A stretch of 64,000 bases of DNA, filler included, from Rhabdomonas costata (GCA_019059605.1; 19 parts of 19 records of this genome joined end to end with filler, not necessarily neighbours in it), one strand, 5' to 3'; numbered from the whole stretch's first letter, positions 1-13,158 are shown. Made by a program: numbers and translations. Notes: generated by a model from the letters alone, not told the origin.

Positions 1-387
1 GTTGGGGTGGTAGAAGAGGTACAGCGCAAACGGGGGATAGGACAGTGACACGAACGATGAATTTGATGGAATGGTGCAAGGTACCCACGGAATTCTCGTT
101 TCGCCGGTTTGGAGACGCTCAGTCCAACTGCAAGGAATTGGACCCACATTGACGTATCAGCTAACACATGGGAGTGTCGCACGCCTCAAGGGGTCCGAAA
201 GAGACGAGTGGAGTGCTTTTGTGAGGGCTTGCAACGGTAGGAGAAGGGATGGATCTCGTGTGACGTCTACCCCTCGTGGGTCCTTGACGGGTGTGGGGGG
301 GCTCTCTGCACACAAGTTGCACACAAGAGGCAACTGGAAGGGTACTGCAAGTGGATGTGCAGTGTGTTTGTGTGTGGTTGGGAGGCG

Positions 388-870
388 ATGCACGCCTCCG
401 ATGGAATTCGGGCATTGCCTTTGCAGGTGGTCAGGAGGCGATGCCCAGGAAAGAAGGCGAAGCACTGGGGGGGGGGGCGGAGCCCCACCCCGCGCACATT
501 TCGGGCAAAATGTCGAAGTATTTCTGTATTTCAAAGCAGACCAAAACCCTCTACAGTTTCCGAGGCATGCGGAGTGAGAGAAATATATAAAGGCAGATAC
601 AAATTCGCTGCCAAAAAAGATACAAAAATCCACAGTTGATTTAATCCTACCTTGTTTGAAAACATTTTGTCGTACCAGAGCTTTGCACACACAGCAGATG
701 CCAGAACACCAACTTATGGCAACGTCGTATTTTATTTCCTACTTTTTTCTGACCATGTGGTTTTAAACATGTCAACAAGCACCCCCCGTGCGTGCTTCCC
801 CTTCCATCCTAGGCATCGCATCCTAACCCCTTGCAAAGGCAATACCCCGAATTTCAACGGAAGGTACATC
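388..870. repeat. Diverged inverted repeat (fold-back/MITE-like) with ~75-bp arms
   Basis: 395-465 (cctccgatggaattcgggcattgcctttgcagg...gaagcac) is the reverse complement of 793-863 (gtgcttcccc...gcaaaggcaataccccgaatttcaacggaag) at roughly 80% identity by eye. No TSD found. Confidence 0.75.
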
Positions 871-1394
871 CTTAATAAGTTGTTGGGGCCGAGCGTATAC
901 TCTCTCCCCGTTTAGTTGTGTTGAGGTTGGGCGGCTCCTGGAGAGAAAAGACACCACCTTTGGATAATTAATATTTGGTTCTAGTTCGGCAATGGGACTC
1001 CCAGCAGGCTGAGGCACCCCTCCTCCCCATCAGTTCGGTTGAGGCACCCACAGGGGGGGATCTGGGTAGTGTGCAATATACCTCCTCTCGCACATTATAA
1101 CCTCATCTGCTGATTGTTGGGCTGGGATACTCATTTTCTCCAAAGAGCTTTCTTTTTAACACAATGGAATGAGAGCAGCTGCGTCCTTGAGGAAAAACTC
1201 TGAAAAGGAGGAGATAACTGTGGCAGTAATTCTGAACGAAGTAGGATGCCCATCCAGAAAGAAACGCACCTTCGACAACAATGCCGACAGCACTCAAACC
1301 GGTTTGACCTACGAGATACCAACAAACTCCGCAATGGTGCAGTGGAACACGTTCGACAACAGGTGCGCAAGAATGAGAATCAGCGCTGAGTCGG

Positions 1395-1428
1395 GGAGAT
1401 CCTGTCAACACGAGTAAACAGGATCTCC
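1395..1428. repeat. Perfect 11-bp hairpin
   Basis: ggagatcctgt (1395-1405) pairs with acaggatctcc (1418-1428) around a 12-nt loop. Confidence 0.7.
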
Positions 1429-3280
1429 AGCGGGGCAGTGTCCAATGGTGGTGATATCGGATTCCCCAGACAAAAGACCCCAGGCCTGCTTCGGCTTAGC
1501 CCTCTCTAATACCCGGGCACAGAATGGCATCACCGAGACGATCTCTTAAAATGGGGAAGATGAAGATAAAGATTCGTTATTCGAGGGACAACTATAAGAA
1601 TGTCCAATGGTTCGATGGCCTTCGATGGCAGTTATCGCCAGTTGGCGCTGCGTCGGCAGCGTTTTGAGAACCACAAAAATACCTTAACCACCTAGGAAAC
1701 TTCGGTAGATGGGATTTCTGACAAAAACGAACGCGAAGTCACGCTAAGCTGGAGGAAAGCCCTCGAGTGACGGATCAACAAAAAGGGAAGGGAAACCTTG
1801 AGTATATCAGTTAGGTCGTCGTATTCTCCAGCTTCGCTAGAGGATAGCAGGTGTCGAAAGAGACTCACAGCAGCCACCAAAGCAAAACAAAGAACCTGAA
1901 ACGAACACAACGAAACGCAAAGCCACATATTTTGCTCCGGCGCGAAAAAAAAACTCTGTTGCTTCACAGCAAAAAGCGGGGAGTGCCGAAACTTTCTTGC
2001 GAGTGTGAAGCGACCCCAGGAGCATGTCCATATATCTTGTCCCAAAACCGGGCGGGGGGCAACATCGGTATCAGGTGGCACTTGTTCATCCAACACCCGT
2101 TCAGATGCTCAGTGCAAGGTGCAGTGGAGAAGGGCTCACCGGTCGCCGCGAAGCATCCACCAGTGCACCGTAAAACCCTCTCACTTTCCTCAGCCGATTG
2201 CTCAGCCAGCGGAAAGCTTCCTGCAGGGCCGGGTAGAGGAGGAACGACCCCAAGATGAGCATGCAGCATACCAACCACCTATCATTTTTGGTGTCCGCCA
2301 ATTAGTTCACTGGATGCTTTGTGAATGGACAAGGACCGACTCATAAAGCAGCCTCGGTCACAATCCAGTTCCAAGCGCAAAGTTGCGACAACGCTTACAC
2401 TTCTTCTGAAAAGGCTTTAATTTGTTGCCTCCCAACTGCAAGTGCTTAAAAAGGGTATAAACGCAGCGGGATAGGTTGAAGTCAGCCGGAAACAGCACGA
2501 TCACCCTCAATTTCTTCAATTCTCGTTTCTGTTCTCAGCAGCTTGTAAAGTTCCTTGCAAAAGAATCGTCGCTTCAAAAAAAACAAGCGTTTCGCATGAG
2601 GAACCGGTATATTGGGGGGGGGGGGCGTCAACGGAATGACGCCGTTTGGTGTTAAAGAGAGACGAAACTATATCCCGGGGCCCCGCCCACCTGGACACTA
2701 GTGTACACATGCTTCGGTTTGAGGTATATACACGAAATATTGAGAGCTTCCCCCAGAGGCAACGAAATGACCAAAAATCGTGTTTTTTTCATGTCCCGCC
2801 CCACGAACGTATAACAAAGTTATACCGTATAGCAGCGTATTACCGTTCAACCCCCCCTCCATAGACCGAACCGTTCATAAGGGCGAGGGACACAGATGCC
2901 ACAGATGCCACCAGCTCACAAGTCTCCGTGAGTATCGCACATCCCTCCCTGGCATCTCCGCAGAAAGAAATGCAAACAATATGGCTCGCCTATCCAAAAA
3001 ATCTTACCTCTCGGAGAGAAGGCAAAAGGGAACCGCTGTCACAGATGTCGACGGACACCCAAGTTGTACCTGCGCAATCCTCTCGTTGTCGGAGTCGACT
3101 TCACAAAGTCCCGGAACCTGACAGTTCAGAAACGTCAAGAATATCGAAGAAATTAGGGGAAGAAATGCAAAACACTGTTCCCAAACCCATACAACCAGCA
3201 GAAGAACGGAAGTTGAACTTTGCCAAGAGCGGCGCCTGTGCCAGGGGTGCACACAAGAGTGAGAACAACGCCCAACAACA

Positions 3281-3380
3281 NNNNNNNNNNNNNNNNNNNN
3301 NNNNNNNNNNNNNNNNNNNNNNNNTTAATTAATTAANNNNNNNNNNNNNNNNNNNNNNNNNNNNNNNNNNNNNNNNNNNN
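3281..3380. other. Artificial contig-joining linker (44N-TTAATTAATTAA-44N), first of 18
   Basis: The same 100-bp spacer, with stops in all six frames, recurs at 6659, 10038, 13415, 16795, 20174, 23553, 26933, 30271, 33647, 37025, 40401, 43776, 47148, 50543, 53915, 57287 and 60660. Contigs are all about 3.24-3.30 kb, so adjacency across linkers has no biological meaning. Confidence 0.98.
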
Positions 3381-4718
3381 GTTTGTGGTGAAAACGAGCT
3401 TAGCCCCTCTAGCCACCAAACCTCAGCCAAGGAGGCAGCGCGATGGGACTCAAACACGGCCTTCAGGCTGGACATCGGCTTTGATGGGGTCGTGTCCACC
3501 ACAGACTCCTTGCGACCTGCACGGCGCTGCACCCGCGGGCCAAACGTGGAGCCGGAGCGGTAGTAGCACCCCTGAAGGTTCTCCTGAGGATACGTCTCGC
3601 GCGGACTGACCACAGGGGCAGAGCCATTTCGACGACGAAGCAGGCGCTGCAAAGGCGAAAGACCCAATTCCGTATGTACAGCTGTTGTGAGTTTTGTTCT
3701 CGCTTCGCGTGCGCCCTTGAGCCCTTGAGTAGGACGAGAGCGGTATCCAATTCAGAAGGAATCTCGCCCAAAAGAAAAGAGTCCAGGTATTTCTGCTCTG
3801 ATGAATTTTGCGCATCATCCGGAAATTGGAACCTACTCTCGGTGCATCTCTGAAATCTCTGAAATCAAAATGACGCAGGGCTGGGAAAAAATGAAAATGG
3901 CGAGACAAAAATGCGTTGTATTCGTGCATGTTGCAAGCCAAATTTTTGCTCCGGATCCATTTTGTCTACAACGTTAACCCGCTCACAGAAAAAATGAAGG
4001 AGGGCAAATTTGCGCTGGATCGTGGGGTTTCCGCTGCACCCAACGGGTACCCACTTTGGTGCTTTGCCCTTTTATAGTGGGGGCTTGGCCTGTATTTGAC
4101 AGTTTTCTTCTCGGGGTTTCGTCCGTGAACTCACATGAGCAGCACCAAGAAAAAGGTGACATTTCCGCACTGACTAAACAAGCGGCAAAAAAGACGGTAA
4201 ACAGGACCCGCATTTTGTTGGGCCACTGCTTCATATCCCCACGGAACCAGAAACGGAACCAGGAAAAAGAAAAAACGCAAAAAGAAAAAATGCGATGCAA
4301 AAAAATAAAATGAAAAACTGCATTCCAAGCCAAAAATTCGGGAGGGGTCGAAAATGCAAAATATGTTTTATACTTTGACTTAGGGACAGTTGTGTCTGTT
4401 TGTTCGTGTATGCAAATTTTGCAGCTTGCACTTTTTTGCAGCCCTCAGTTAAACAGGATTCGCAACCCAAAGCACACGGCAAGGCAAGCAGAACGGAATA
4501 GCACAGACCTGTGCTTGCTGCTTCTTCCTAGCCAGACTCTCAAACGCAGCGGCCAAGGCAACGACAGAGCCAGATTCCGGTACAGTTCGGTCTTTGCGAG
4601 GAGAGCGCTTGCCTGTTTGGCTCTGATCATCAGAGCGAACGGAGCCATCAGAAGAATTCTTCAAGCTTGGAGGGGCCCACTCCTGATAACCAACAGCGCC
4701 AACGAGATGTTCGATCAA
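3381..4718 (-). CDS. Hypothetical protein, partial exons
   Basis: An exon ending ...VVALAAAFESLARKKQQAQ|GTCTGT and an exon starting tttgcag|RLLRRR...SSLKAVFESH are both phase 0 and share a related L..(A/V)FES motif. The coding strand is T-rich in the introns, as in other genes here. Confidence 0.35.
3692..3780 (+). repeat. Dispersed repeat family member (copy also in contig 4)
   Basis: ttttgttctcgcttcgcg...cttgagtRggacgaRag is shared with 10165-10205. The downstream gaatctcgcc(c)aaa block recurs at 11066-11080. Confidence 0.7.
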
Positions 4719-5829
4719 CCACAGTGCAAGGCAAGGCCCTAGCGGGCCAAAAAAAAAACAGCCGATATATCAGTCTGGCGAAACGTGCGGAAAAGCACCA
4801 ATATGAGCCTAGCCCTCGTCATGATTTAATATCCGTGATTTAATCATTTTGATTAAACCACGACAACTCTGGCGAAAAGGGTATCTGGGGGATGGGATGG
4901 TGTGCGGAAGTGGGTGAGTGGGTGTCAGCGTGTTACATGCACAAAAAGCGTCAATAGGCTAGTGTCATGGGAGTAATCTCTGAGAAGTGCGAAAAGAGGT
5001 ACAAACTTTCAATTTCGACCTCTCATGGAAAAGGTTCGGGCATTCTCAAAACAAGTGAGCACCAGACACCGTGGAGTTCTCTTTATCCAGCCAAGCAAAG
5101 GATAAGACTCCACCCATCGACGAGGACGATGAGTTTTCCAGCGGTAAAACAGCATCTGCACAAAAAAAACAGTAGAAACGGAAAATACATCGAGAAGTCA
5201 AGTCACAATTGAAGTAGCTTTTTCACCCAACCTTCATCAGAAGCAGCGCGGTGCTCGATTGGAAGGTTTCGGGTGCACGTTTCTTCCATTGTCAGCAAAA
5301 AAAAAAAGAGGGACAGAAGAAGAAGGGCTGTGCATAGCAAACGGAGCCTGAGACCTTTTTACTTACTGTTGATTTGTCACTTAAAGAGTCAATCCCACGT
5401 TTACCCTCCTGGTCTGTCACCAAAAGGTTCAATTCGGTAGGCACAGAAAAACGTACAACCAAAACCTATTACAGTGGCCAGTACCCTTTCCCCAATCACA
5501 ACTCCGATTCTATCCCCGCGTTATTGATACAAAATAACAAAACCCCCGCAATCCCGGCACCTCTTCAACACTGACGACGCTCACTTCGAAAGAGAAAAAC
5601 GAGTATTCTCCAGTCAACCGGGTCCAAATCACTTTCTACTCTCGCCAAAAACTCCGACCCGGTTCAAGAGCTGAAAGCTGAATTCAGGTACTAGTACTAA
5701 ACACCATATCTCTTCGCAGAGATTGTGTTAATCTCGGTGCTGTTTCGGAATTCCAGCCGAGTCCGCACAAGATAGCGAACCAGTAGGCAAAAAATACTGC
5801 CTTCAATGAAAACGATAGACACCTTATGT

Positions 5830-6227
5830 TCAGGGCTTACCGCATTGAAAAGGGCAAACTTTGCCCCCCTGAGTCTTTCTCTTCAGGCAAGTCCCGCAAA
5901 GTTCCCTGCCACAGCAAGGCATCTCGGCGTGATCCCTGGTTTTATTCTCACACAGAAGGCAGTCGAACCAGGCGTGCCTCCGCAGCACGCCACTGTCCGA
6001 AGTTTCCCTTGAATGGGAAGAAGCGCCGAAGGAAGTATCAGCAACCGATATTCTTGCGGAAGCGGCGCTGTGGGTGCGTGACTCAGCGGGTTGAGACGAA
6101 AGAGTCGAGTACCCTCCAGCGCACCGGGGACGAGGACCCTCACGCACGGTGGAGGAGGTTGATTCAGAAGGGGTGCTTGGCGTCCAGGTGGGAGCTGAAC
6201 CGCACATGGCCGAAGAATTGTGAAGAG
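5830..6227 (-). CDS. Protein with C-terminal RING-like zinc finger (terminal or single exon)
   Basis: CLLC-x11-CC-x4-CGTC-x10-CPFQC motif just before the stop at 5830. Polypyrimidine/CAG acceptor at 6228-6230 and ATG at 6207. The N-terminal part is Ser-rich. Confidence 0.65.
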
Positions 6228-7121
6228 CTGAAGCAAAAATGCCCACTGAATACCCAATCGGAAAGAAGGACTTCGGTGCAAACAAAAAGGTTTTTCTTTT
6301 CTTCCATTCCACATTTAATACAAGAGACATCATGAAAGGTCGCAAGACCGTTTGCCCACCCTGGAGAAAACCAGAAAAAAGCACACAAATTTTTCTGATA
6401 CTTTCACAGCCCACTGGGATTGTGTAAGCATTGTTCCCGTGGCAGTTTGAAACTGCAGGCTCAGGTAGGTAGGAAAGAGAGGGGGGGGGACTGAGAGAGA
6501 GAGAGAGAGAAGAATTGATGGGCCAAAAGGTGGGAAAGGAAATATAGAAAGACTAGCGGCTGAGAAGACATGGTGATGCAGGAGAAACTGCAGATTAGAA
6601 ATGGAAAAATGGGGAGGGAGGAATAGAGGAACAATAGGAATGAGTGTGCACCAACACANNNNNNNNNNNNNNNNNNNNNNNNNNNNNNNNNNNNNNNNNN
6701 NNTTAATTAATTAANNNNNNNNNNNNNNNNNNNNNNNNNNNNNNNNNNNNNNNNNNNNGTGGGGTGTGTGACTCACACATTGCTGTCTTGACTTTTGAGG
6801 AGACTATGTGTTAAGAGCTTCACCGCTGCCTTCACCAGAACTGTGGAGATGCGTTTATATTTATTACCTTAGATTGTGTGAGTGTGTGGGTGCGGAGGGG
6901 GGGGGCTGTTGCGTGTGGGCAACCGTGTCATCCGAATGAGGTGGAGGTCATTTTAAAACACTGGTCAATGATTGGTGTACCGATCCTTAAACGAGTGTTT
7001 CAACCTTCAAGGACAAAGTCGGCCCTTGTCGGTTCTAGCTCCGCTGTCTTACATCCACGCATCCCAACAGCACACGCTTACATCACGTGCCACTGACATT
7101 GGGGAGGGGCCACCTCACAAA

Positions 7122-7346
7122 TGTAATCCGATGGAAACCTTATGCGACTAGAGGACATTTAGGATTATCAGTGAAAATAGGATTATCACAATTCTTGATT
7201 ACCCACTGATTTATGATTAATGAGGAGCGCAGGAACTCACCGCTAGCATCCTAGCATCGGTCTCAGGGTTGTATCCTTCCCGTTGGTCTGGCGTGGTGGC
7301 TGCTGCCCTCTCAATCCCGCTACTTAATACTACATTGGTCACTTCT
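7122..7346 (+). mobile_element. Possible LTR (TGTA...TACA) followed by a primer-binding-site-like TGGTCACTTC
   Basis: TGTAAT at 7122 and ACTACA ending at 7334 form inverted termini, followed by T-TGGTCACTTC. A decayed low-complexity ORF follows. No second LTR copy is present in the contig. Confidence 0.3.
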
Positions 7347-7378
7347 CACTCTGGGTCTCAGGTTACGTTCTGACTGCA

Positions 7379-10037
7379 GTGGCCACCATCACAGCAATTG
7401 GAACAGAGCAACATCCCCAACCCACCAACAGCTTCACCCCTCCAACTTCCACCCCTCCAACTCAAGAACATGGACCCGCAGTAGACACCAAGAGAACACC
7501 AGCATCAGCAACCCTAACTCACCCTCCAACGAAATTCCAACCCATAATCCCCGGTAAAACATTGAGCCATAGTAGACAGCAAGAACACGCCACCCAAGAT
7601 GCAACACAGAACCCAAAACATGAACCCAAGGCCCCAACTCACCCCTCTCTCACCAACATGGACCCATAGTAGACAGCAGGAATATACCACTCAAGAGACC
7701 ACTCCAACACCAGCAGCAACAACCCAAGCAACCCCAACCCTCCAACACCAGAAAGCCCAACACCAACATTATGCGGAAATACATTGAGGAACAGCCACCC
7801 TACGCTCTGACTCCAGACGCCATGAACCAGACACCAACACCCAACGATGCCAAGAGCCAGTAACAGACACCCCACAGCACCAGAAGTCAGCACCAACAGG
7901 AACCCAGGGCCACACAACGATACCAGAAACAACGCTAAGCCCATGACCAACACCCTAACACCAAATACCACCAACAGGAGTCCCAAGGTTAGCACCCCAC
8001 CCCACACCACGACCCAGCACAGCATGAACCCAACGACCAACAGCACACACAACCCTACCACCAATGCCCTGAGCCGCAACACCAACACCAACACCATAGC
8101 CAACAATACCCTACCTCAACCATGCATAACCTCGAAGTACACGACACACCTTTACCAACAGCATCCCAACAACCAGTATCAAACCCCACCACCACAGGAA
8201 ACCGTACCCATACTCAACCCAGCAGCATACACCGAACCCTTAGCGCAAGAATCCAAAACCCCATGCATAGAATCAAGACCCATGTAACTCAGAGGAACCA
8301 CAGCACTAGATACATCCCCCAACGTAGCAACCCAACCAGCACCCTCAACCCCACGCATAGATGAAGAAACACCACCATGCACACTTGGACTCCAGAAACC
8401 CAGACATCGTCGACACTAAGAACACAGAAAGCACCCAGAGCACCAAGAGAAGCCACCTCTGTACCCACACAACAAGCGCTAGAACCCCCAAACCCACCCA
8501 TAGCTTCCGATATCCACACAACCACAAAAAAAAAACACGTGAGAACCCACGCAACTCTCCGATCCACACAACACAACACAACGCAACCTCACCCACACAA
8601 GCACCCCACTTAGCGCAAACACCACAGCTAACGAACCTGAAGGACGGCACCACAGCACACAGCGAACCCTTAAACACGATCGAAGCGGAAGAACCGAAAC
8701 CAGACACCAATGACACGATAACCTCACCATGCATCACGCTCGAACCAAACCAAGCACCAGCACAGTCGACACGATAACACGAAGGCATACCCGTAGCGGA
8801 GGAACCCGAAGTACAACAGAGACAGAATGCATAGCAACCCACGGAACCACACATGCAAGCACCGAGCCCCCAACCCACCAGCACTCCGCAACACCCCTCA
8901 CAACCTCGCCGAAGCACCCAATCCGAACGCAGCACACTTCACCAAACCCCAGAAATCCAATGGATAAGATGGGTGAGCCAAAACACGGCGAAGCAACCCG
9001 AAACCAAAGCACCTTCACCCCCCATAGAAGAACATGCACCAAGCTCGCAACACATACCAGAAGCACCCAAGAGAACCGAAGACACCCCAGCAGAAACCGA
9101 TACTGGCCCTTACACGGCATCCAGCAACCACAATAGCAAGTCCAAGAATACGGACATCGAAGAGGCACCCGAACCCAGCACACCGTAACAGTACTAAAAA
9201 GGAACTACCAGCGCGAACACCACCAACCCCGTGCATCCCAACCAGCCCATGCACCCAAGAAACACCCATAGCACCTGAGACACCATCTGTACCCCAACCG
9301 AACAAAGCACCTCCAGCGCAAGCGCAAGAATCACTCAACCCATGCATTGATGCAGAAGCCGACTCGACGAACGCAGCCATAGGAAATCCCAATCTTGACA
9401 CCCGAACCCACACCCGCAACACCACGAAGAGAACCCAAAACACCATGAGGACCATCAACATCGCACATGCAAGACACCTCGGCACCACCCATGATATCTA
9501 GCCAGAACAACGAAGCAACGGAGGGACCGAAACCCAGACCGAAACACACCCAGAGCACGAAGGAAAGCGCACTAACCCACGGAAACACCCTGCGACCGCT
9601 CACACACAAACAAGGGGGACAAGAATTCGTAAAAGCTTTGGGGGGGTAGATTTGACAACGAAGACGGAAGACGAAGGTCCGAAAGACCGAAGACCGTCAC
9701 CGAAGGCAGAAGACCGAACACCCAAGCCACACTCAGCACCAGAACCCAGGAGCATCGAAGACAGAAGGCCAACTCACCCACACCCACACCAACACCCACC
9801 AGCACAAGAGGAACCCAGAACAAATGGAAGCCGGAACCATATCGAGGACAACGGAGTCGTAAACGCATCGAAGGCCAGGAACACCACAACAGAAACCCAA
9901 GTACAACCCCTTGCATAGATCGCCCAACACCACCAAGAACCAGACAACCACCGAGGACCATGGTACACTCAACCCACTCGAGACAGAATCCAATCGGGAG
10001 ATCACCAGACGTAAAGCAGACACGCAGAAACCAAACC
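7379..10037 (+). pseudogene. Decayed C/A-rich repetitive coding-like sequence (Thr/Pro/Gln/Asn/Glu-rich)
   Basis: Chain of broken ORFs in different frames. Internal repeats: ccatagtagacagcaRgaa at ~7568 and ~7664, and a ccatgcat (P-C-I) motif at ~8120, 8260, 8727 and 9339, with variants at ~8351 and 9909. Extreme C+A strand skew. Confidence 0.45.
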
Positions 10038-10164
10038 NNNNNNNNNNNNNNNNNNNNNNNNNNNNNNNNNNNNNNNNNNNNTTAATTAATTAANNNNNNN
10101 NNNNNNNNNNNNNNNNNNNNNNNNNNNNNNNNNNNNNGTTTTGTTGGGACATACTCTTTTGCCC

Positions 10165-10205
10165 TTTTGTTCTCGCTTCGCGCCCGCGCTTGAGTGGGAC
10201 GAAAG
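10165..10205 (+). repeat. Dispersed repeat family member (copy also in contig 2)
   Basis: 18-bp exact match plus a cttgagtgggacgaaag block, both matching 3692-3740. Confidence 0.7.
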
Positions 10206-11757
10206 AGCATCACCACGGAAAAAGGACGTTGATTCTTTTCAAAGCGGGGTTTGGAATAAAAGCCATGTGCCATGCTCGTAATTTGTTTGGCGCCGGGATA
10301 GGTTTTTTCCGTTTCTGTGCAGCGAAGTGATGCGGTTGGTGCTGCAGCTGGCCAGTGAGGCCCAAACGGATGTGGAGGACGCCCCCCAACGGCCTCCTTC
10401 ATGGGTTCCCTTGTGAAGGCCCAGGGACTTGGACTCTCTCCTGGCTTCCGAGTCGTGCCGTACCGTACTGTGCTGTGCCGTGCCCCGCATTGTGCTGTAC
10501 ATATGTAATTGTAATGCGTTTGTGGCAACTGGTTTCTTGGTAGCTGTCCTCCTCGTCTGTAGCTCACCTGGGGGGCCCATATGGTGGGCCATTGGGCTGC
10601 TTTTCCTGCGCTATTTCCCAGTGAGTAAGCCTGCGCGCAGGAGCGAGGGGGTCGCGGGTTTCCGGCCAAAGTGAAGCATTTCGATTTGTCCCTTTCCCGA
10701 ATTCCTGTTTTCACGGCTGGAAGGCTCCGGAGCAGAGAGCAAAAGGAGGGTTGCGAGGGAGAACAAGGGATTTTTTTTTGGGGGGGGGGCGGCCATTGCA
10801 TTCTTTGGCTGGCCGTTACTTTGGTACTCGGATTTACCCCTCCAATTGCTCCTCGCTCTCACTGCGTTGGCGCTGACATTGCCTTCCCATTGTGCATGTA
10901 CCTCTTTTCAGGTGAGGATCTGTGGGCGTTGCCCGATTTTCCCAGTCCTTGTAGCTTGCTGCGAGTCGGTGCACTCGTGTAGGGACAACAACTACGGTCG
11001 GTCCTGGGGGCAAAGACAGTTATCATACGCGATCATATACACACTTTTGGGGTTGTAGGTCGGAAGAATCTCGCCAAAGACAAAAAGCTGCACAGCTTCA
11101 AAAAAATCGACAACCGAGTAGTAATGATAAAATTTGTAGCTCGTCATTCAATTTTAAAACTTGTACATCTTTTTCTTTTCTTCCCTTTCGAGAGGAGAGG
11201 AGAGGAGAGGGGGTTATTAAGGAAGACGCTACACACATACACATGTGCACATGAACGCACGAACTTGAAGGATGGCGAAGAAAGAATCCCCATTTCCCAG
11301 TCCCGGTCCCCATGCAAGGAAAGCGACACATCACACGCACTCAAATGCCAGAGGACTCGGGAGAGCTCTATTTACGGACCACGGCACCGGGAAGGTGAGC
11401 ATGCGGGGAATGGCGAAGCCTGGGCAATCTTAGCAGAGAACTGCTTTGTGGTGTGACTAATGATTTGTCCCCACCAGTCCTGTTATGGTTTGCTGCGCTG
11501 ACCCAACGTTGGTAATTACTCAGGTATGGGTGATGTTTTGTGGGTGGGAGTTTGAGGGCGAGTGTCATATTGTCCCAGTCACCACCCCGATGCGTACCAT
11601 TTCTAATCACGATTACCACTGCTAACCGTCATGTGATGCTGCGCCCACCCCAGCTGTGTACTGATCATCTTATTTCGGTTCTCTCGGTGCAGGGAGGTGT
11701 CGTCTCTGCTTTCAGGATCATTTTTCGTGCAGTATTTCCCCTCATTGTGCTGTTCAG

Positions 11758-13158
11758 GGTGGGGGGTCTGGTGTGCCCCAATGCCGCAGTGGTGTCCACC
11801 GCACTGCCTGGCAGGCAAGGTGGCGGTGGTCACCGGGGCCAGCACTGGCGTGGGCAAGGCCACGGCGGCTCAACTGTACCGTGCGGTGTGCGATGGCCCA
11901 CCCCCATCCCCGCCCCTCTTTCCACTGTGGGGCACATCAAGGAATCTCGCCAGTAGTCTTGAGGGGTTCGTGAGGGAAACTGTGCGCAATGCTTGACGTT
12001 TTGGTCAGACTGACGGGCTCTGGGGAACGCGCTTTTCTTCACTTGAATACGCAACGCATCAAGAATGTGAGGGAGGTGCGAAGGTCTCTGAACAGCCCTG
12101 AACGTTAATGCCCGTTGGGCCCCTTGTGTGCCGCAAAACCTCCAGGGCTTTGCTGGCGCGCTTGGTTTGCTCTGCTTGCGGAACCCCAGAGGCTCTTCGA
12201 CAAAGGGCTTGGGAGCCTATCCCCCATTGTGTCTTCTTTTCCACACCTTTGCCAGTTCTCGCTCTTTGGGTGTGTCTTGTTTGTGTGTGGACTTTTAGGG
12301 AGCCACTGTGGTGCTGGCTTGCCGCTCTGTGGAGAGGGGTGCCCAAGCTGTGAAGGACATCCAAAGGGCCGGCGGGGGAAATAGCGCCGAGTACGCAGGC
12401 TGTGGCACGCTGGAGGCATGCTGTCCCTGTTAGAGTACGTGTGTGTGTAAGTGTGAGTGCCCTCGAGCGCTCCGAGTCCCCAACCTGGAAGTTGCTGGCG
12501 GCCTATGTTTACAAGGGAAGTCCTGGTTGATGAGGGGTCATGAGTTGCCTTCACCACCATGCCTGAGCAATGCCAGCGAGTTGGACCGTGAATATGAACT
12601 CGAGCCGGTTTCGGTGCCTGACAGTATTCGTATCAGTGTTTCCCCTTCTTAGTTGTATGTGGCCGACGAGGGCATACATACATTCAACACATACACGCAT
12701 ACCCCTACTCCATTTGCAGAGGACGACTGTGGCGGTTTAAATGACGGGTGCGTCCTTGTCACGAGCACGTGGATGGGCCAAGAAAAAGTAGAGGTTGATT
12801 GTGGTTTGTTTTGAGCTGATGTGAGGGAGCCATTCCTCTGAGCACTGTTCCTCTCCGGGGACTTTGAAGGCAAACCACCGCTATTTTCGCTTGCCTTAAT
12901 AAAGATGGTTGCTATTTTGGCGTAACCTTTGGCGTTCTTTGCTCTCTGCTGTTGTGTTGTCGTGGTTTCGCTGAGGCTGGGGCCCCGCTTGTCCAGTATG
13001 TAATAAAAGGTGGAGGCTCTGGACTTGGGTGACCTGCGCTCCGTGCAGCGCTTTGCGGGAGCGCTGCGCGCCCGCCACCCCACGGTGGACGTGCTGGTCA
13101 ATAATGCGGGGATGCTCATCCGCGATGCCTACGACGGGCCGCGGTGGACGCCCCAAGG
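11758..13158 (+). CDS. Short-chain dehydrogenase/reductase (retinol dehydrogenase/WWOX-like), partial
   Basis: Exons 11758-11885 (GKVAVVTGASTGVGKATA, TGxxxGxG), 12299-12415 (GATVVLACRS...GTLE) and 13010-~13158 (VEALDLGDL...DVLVNNAG). Phases are consistent if intron 2 uses a GC donor at 12416. Confidence 0.92.

Noticed and set aside
1395-1428. Junction of two euglenid non-conventional introns around a 6-nt micro-exon (CTG-n5 | ACGAGT | n3-CAG)
   Set aside because: The spacing fits the consensus, but no partner arms were found upstream or downstream. A simple hairpin explains it.
3325-3336. Regularly spaced TTAATTAATTAA as a biological repeat or CRISPR-like array
   Set aside because: It is always centred in 44+44 N, so it is an artificial six-frame stop linker.
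3798-3830. Hammerhead ribozyme (CTGATGA...GAAA)
   Set aside because: There is no stem II pairing between the core motifs.
7434-10023. Val/Gly/Leu/Cys-rich minus-strand ORFs as membrane proteins
   Set aside because: They are antisense shadows of C/A-rich low-complexity sequence.
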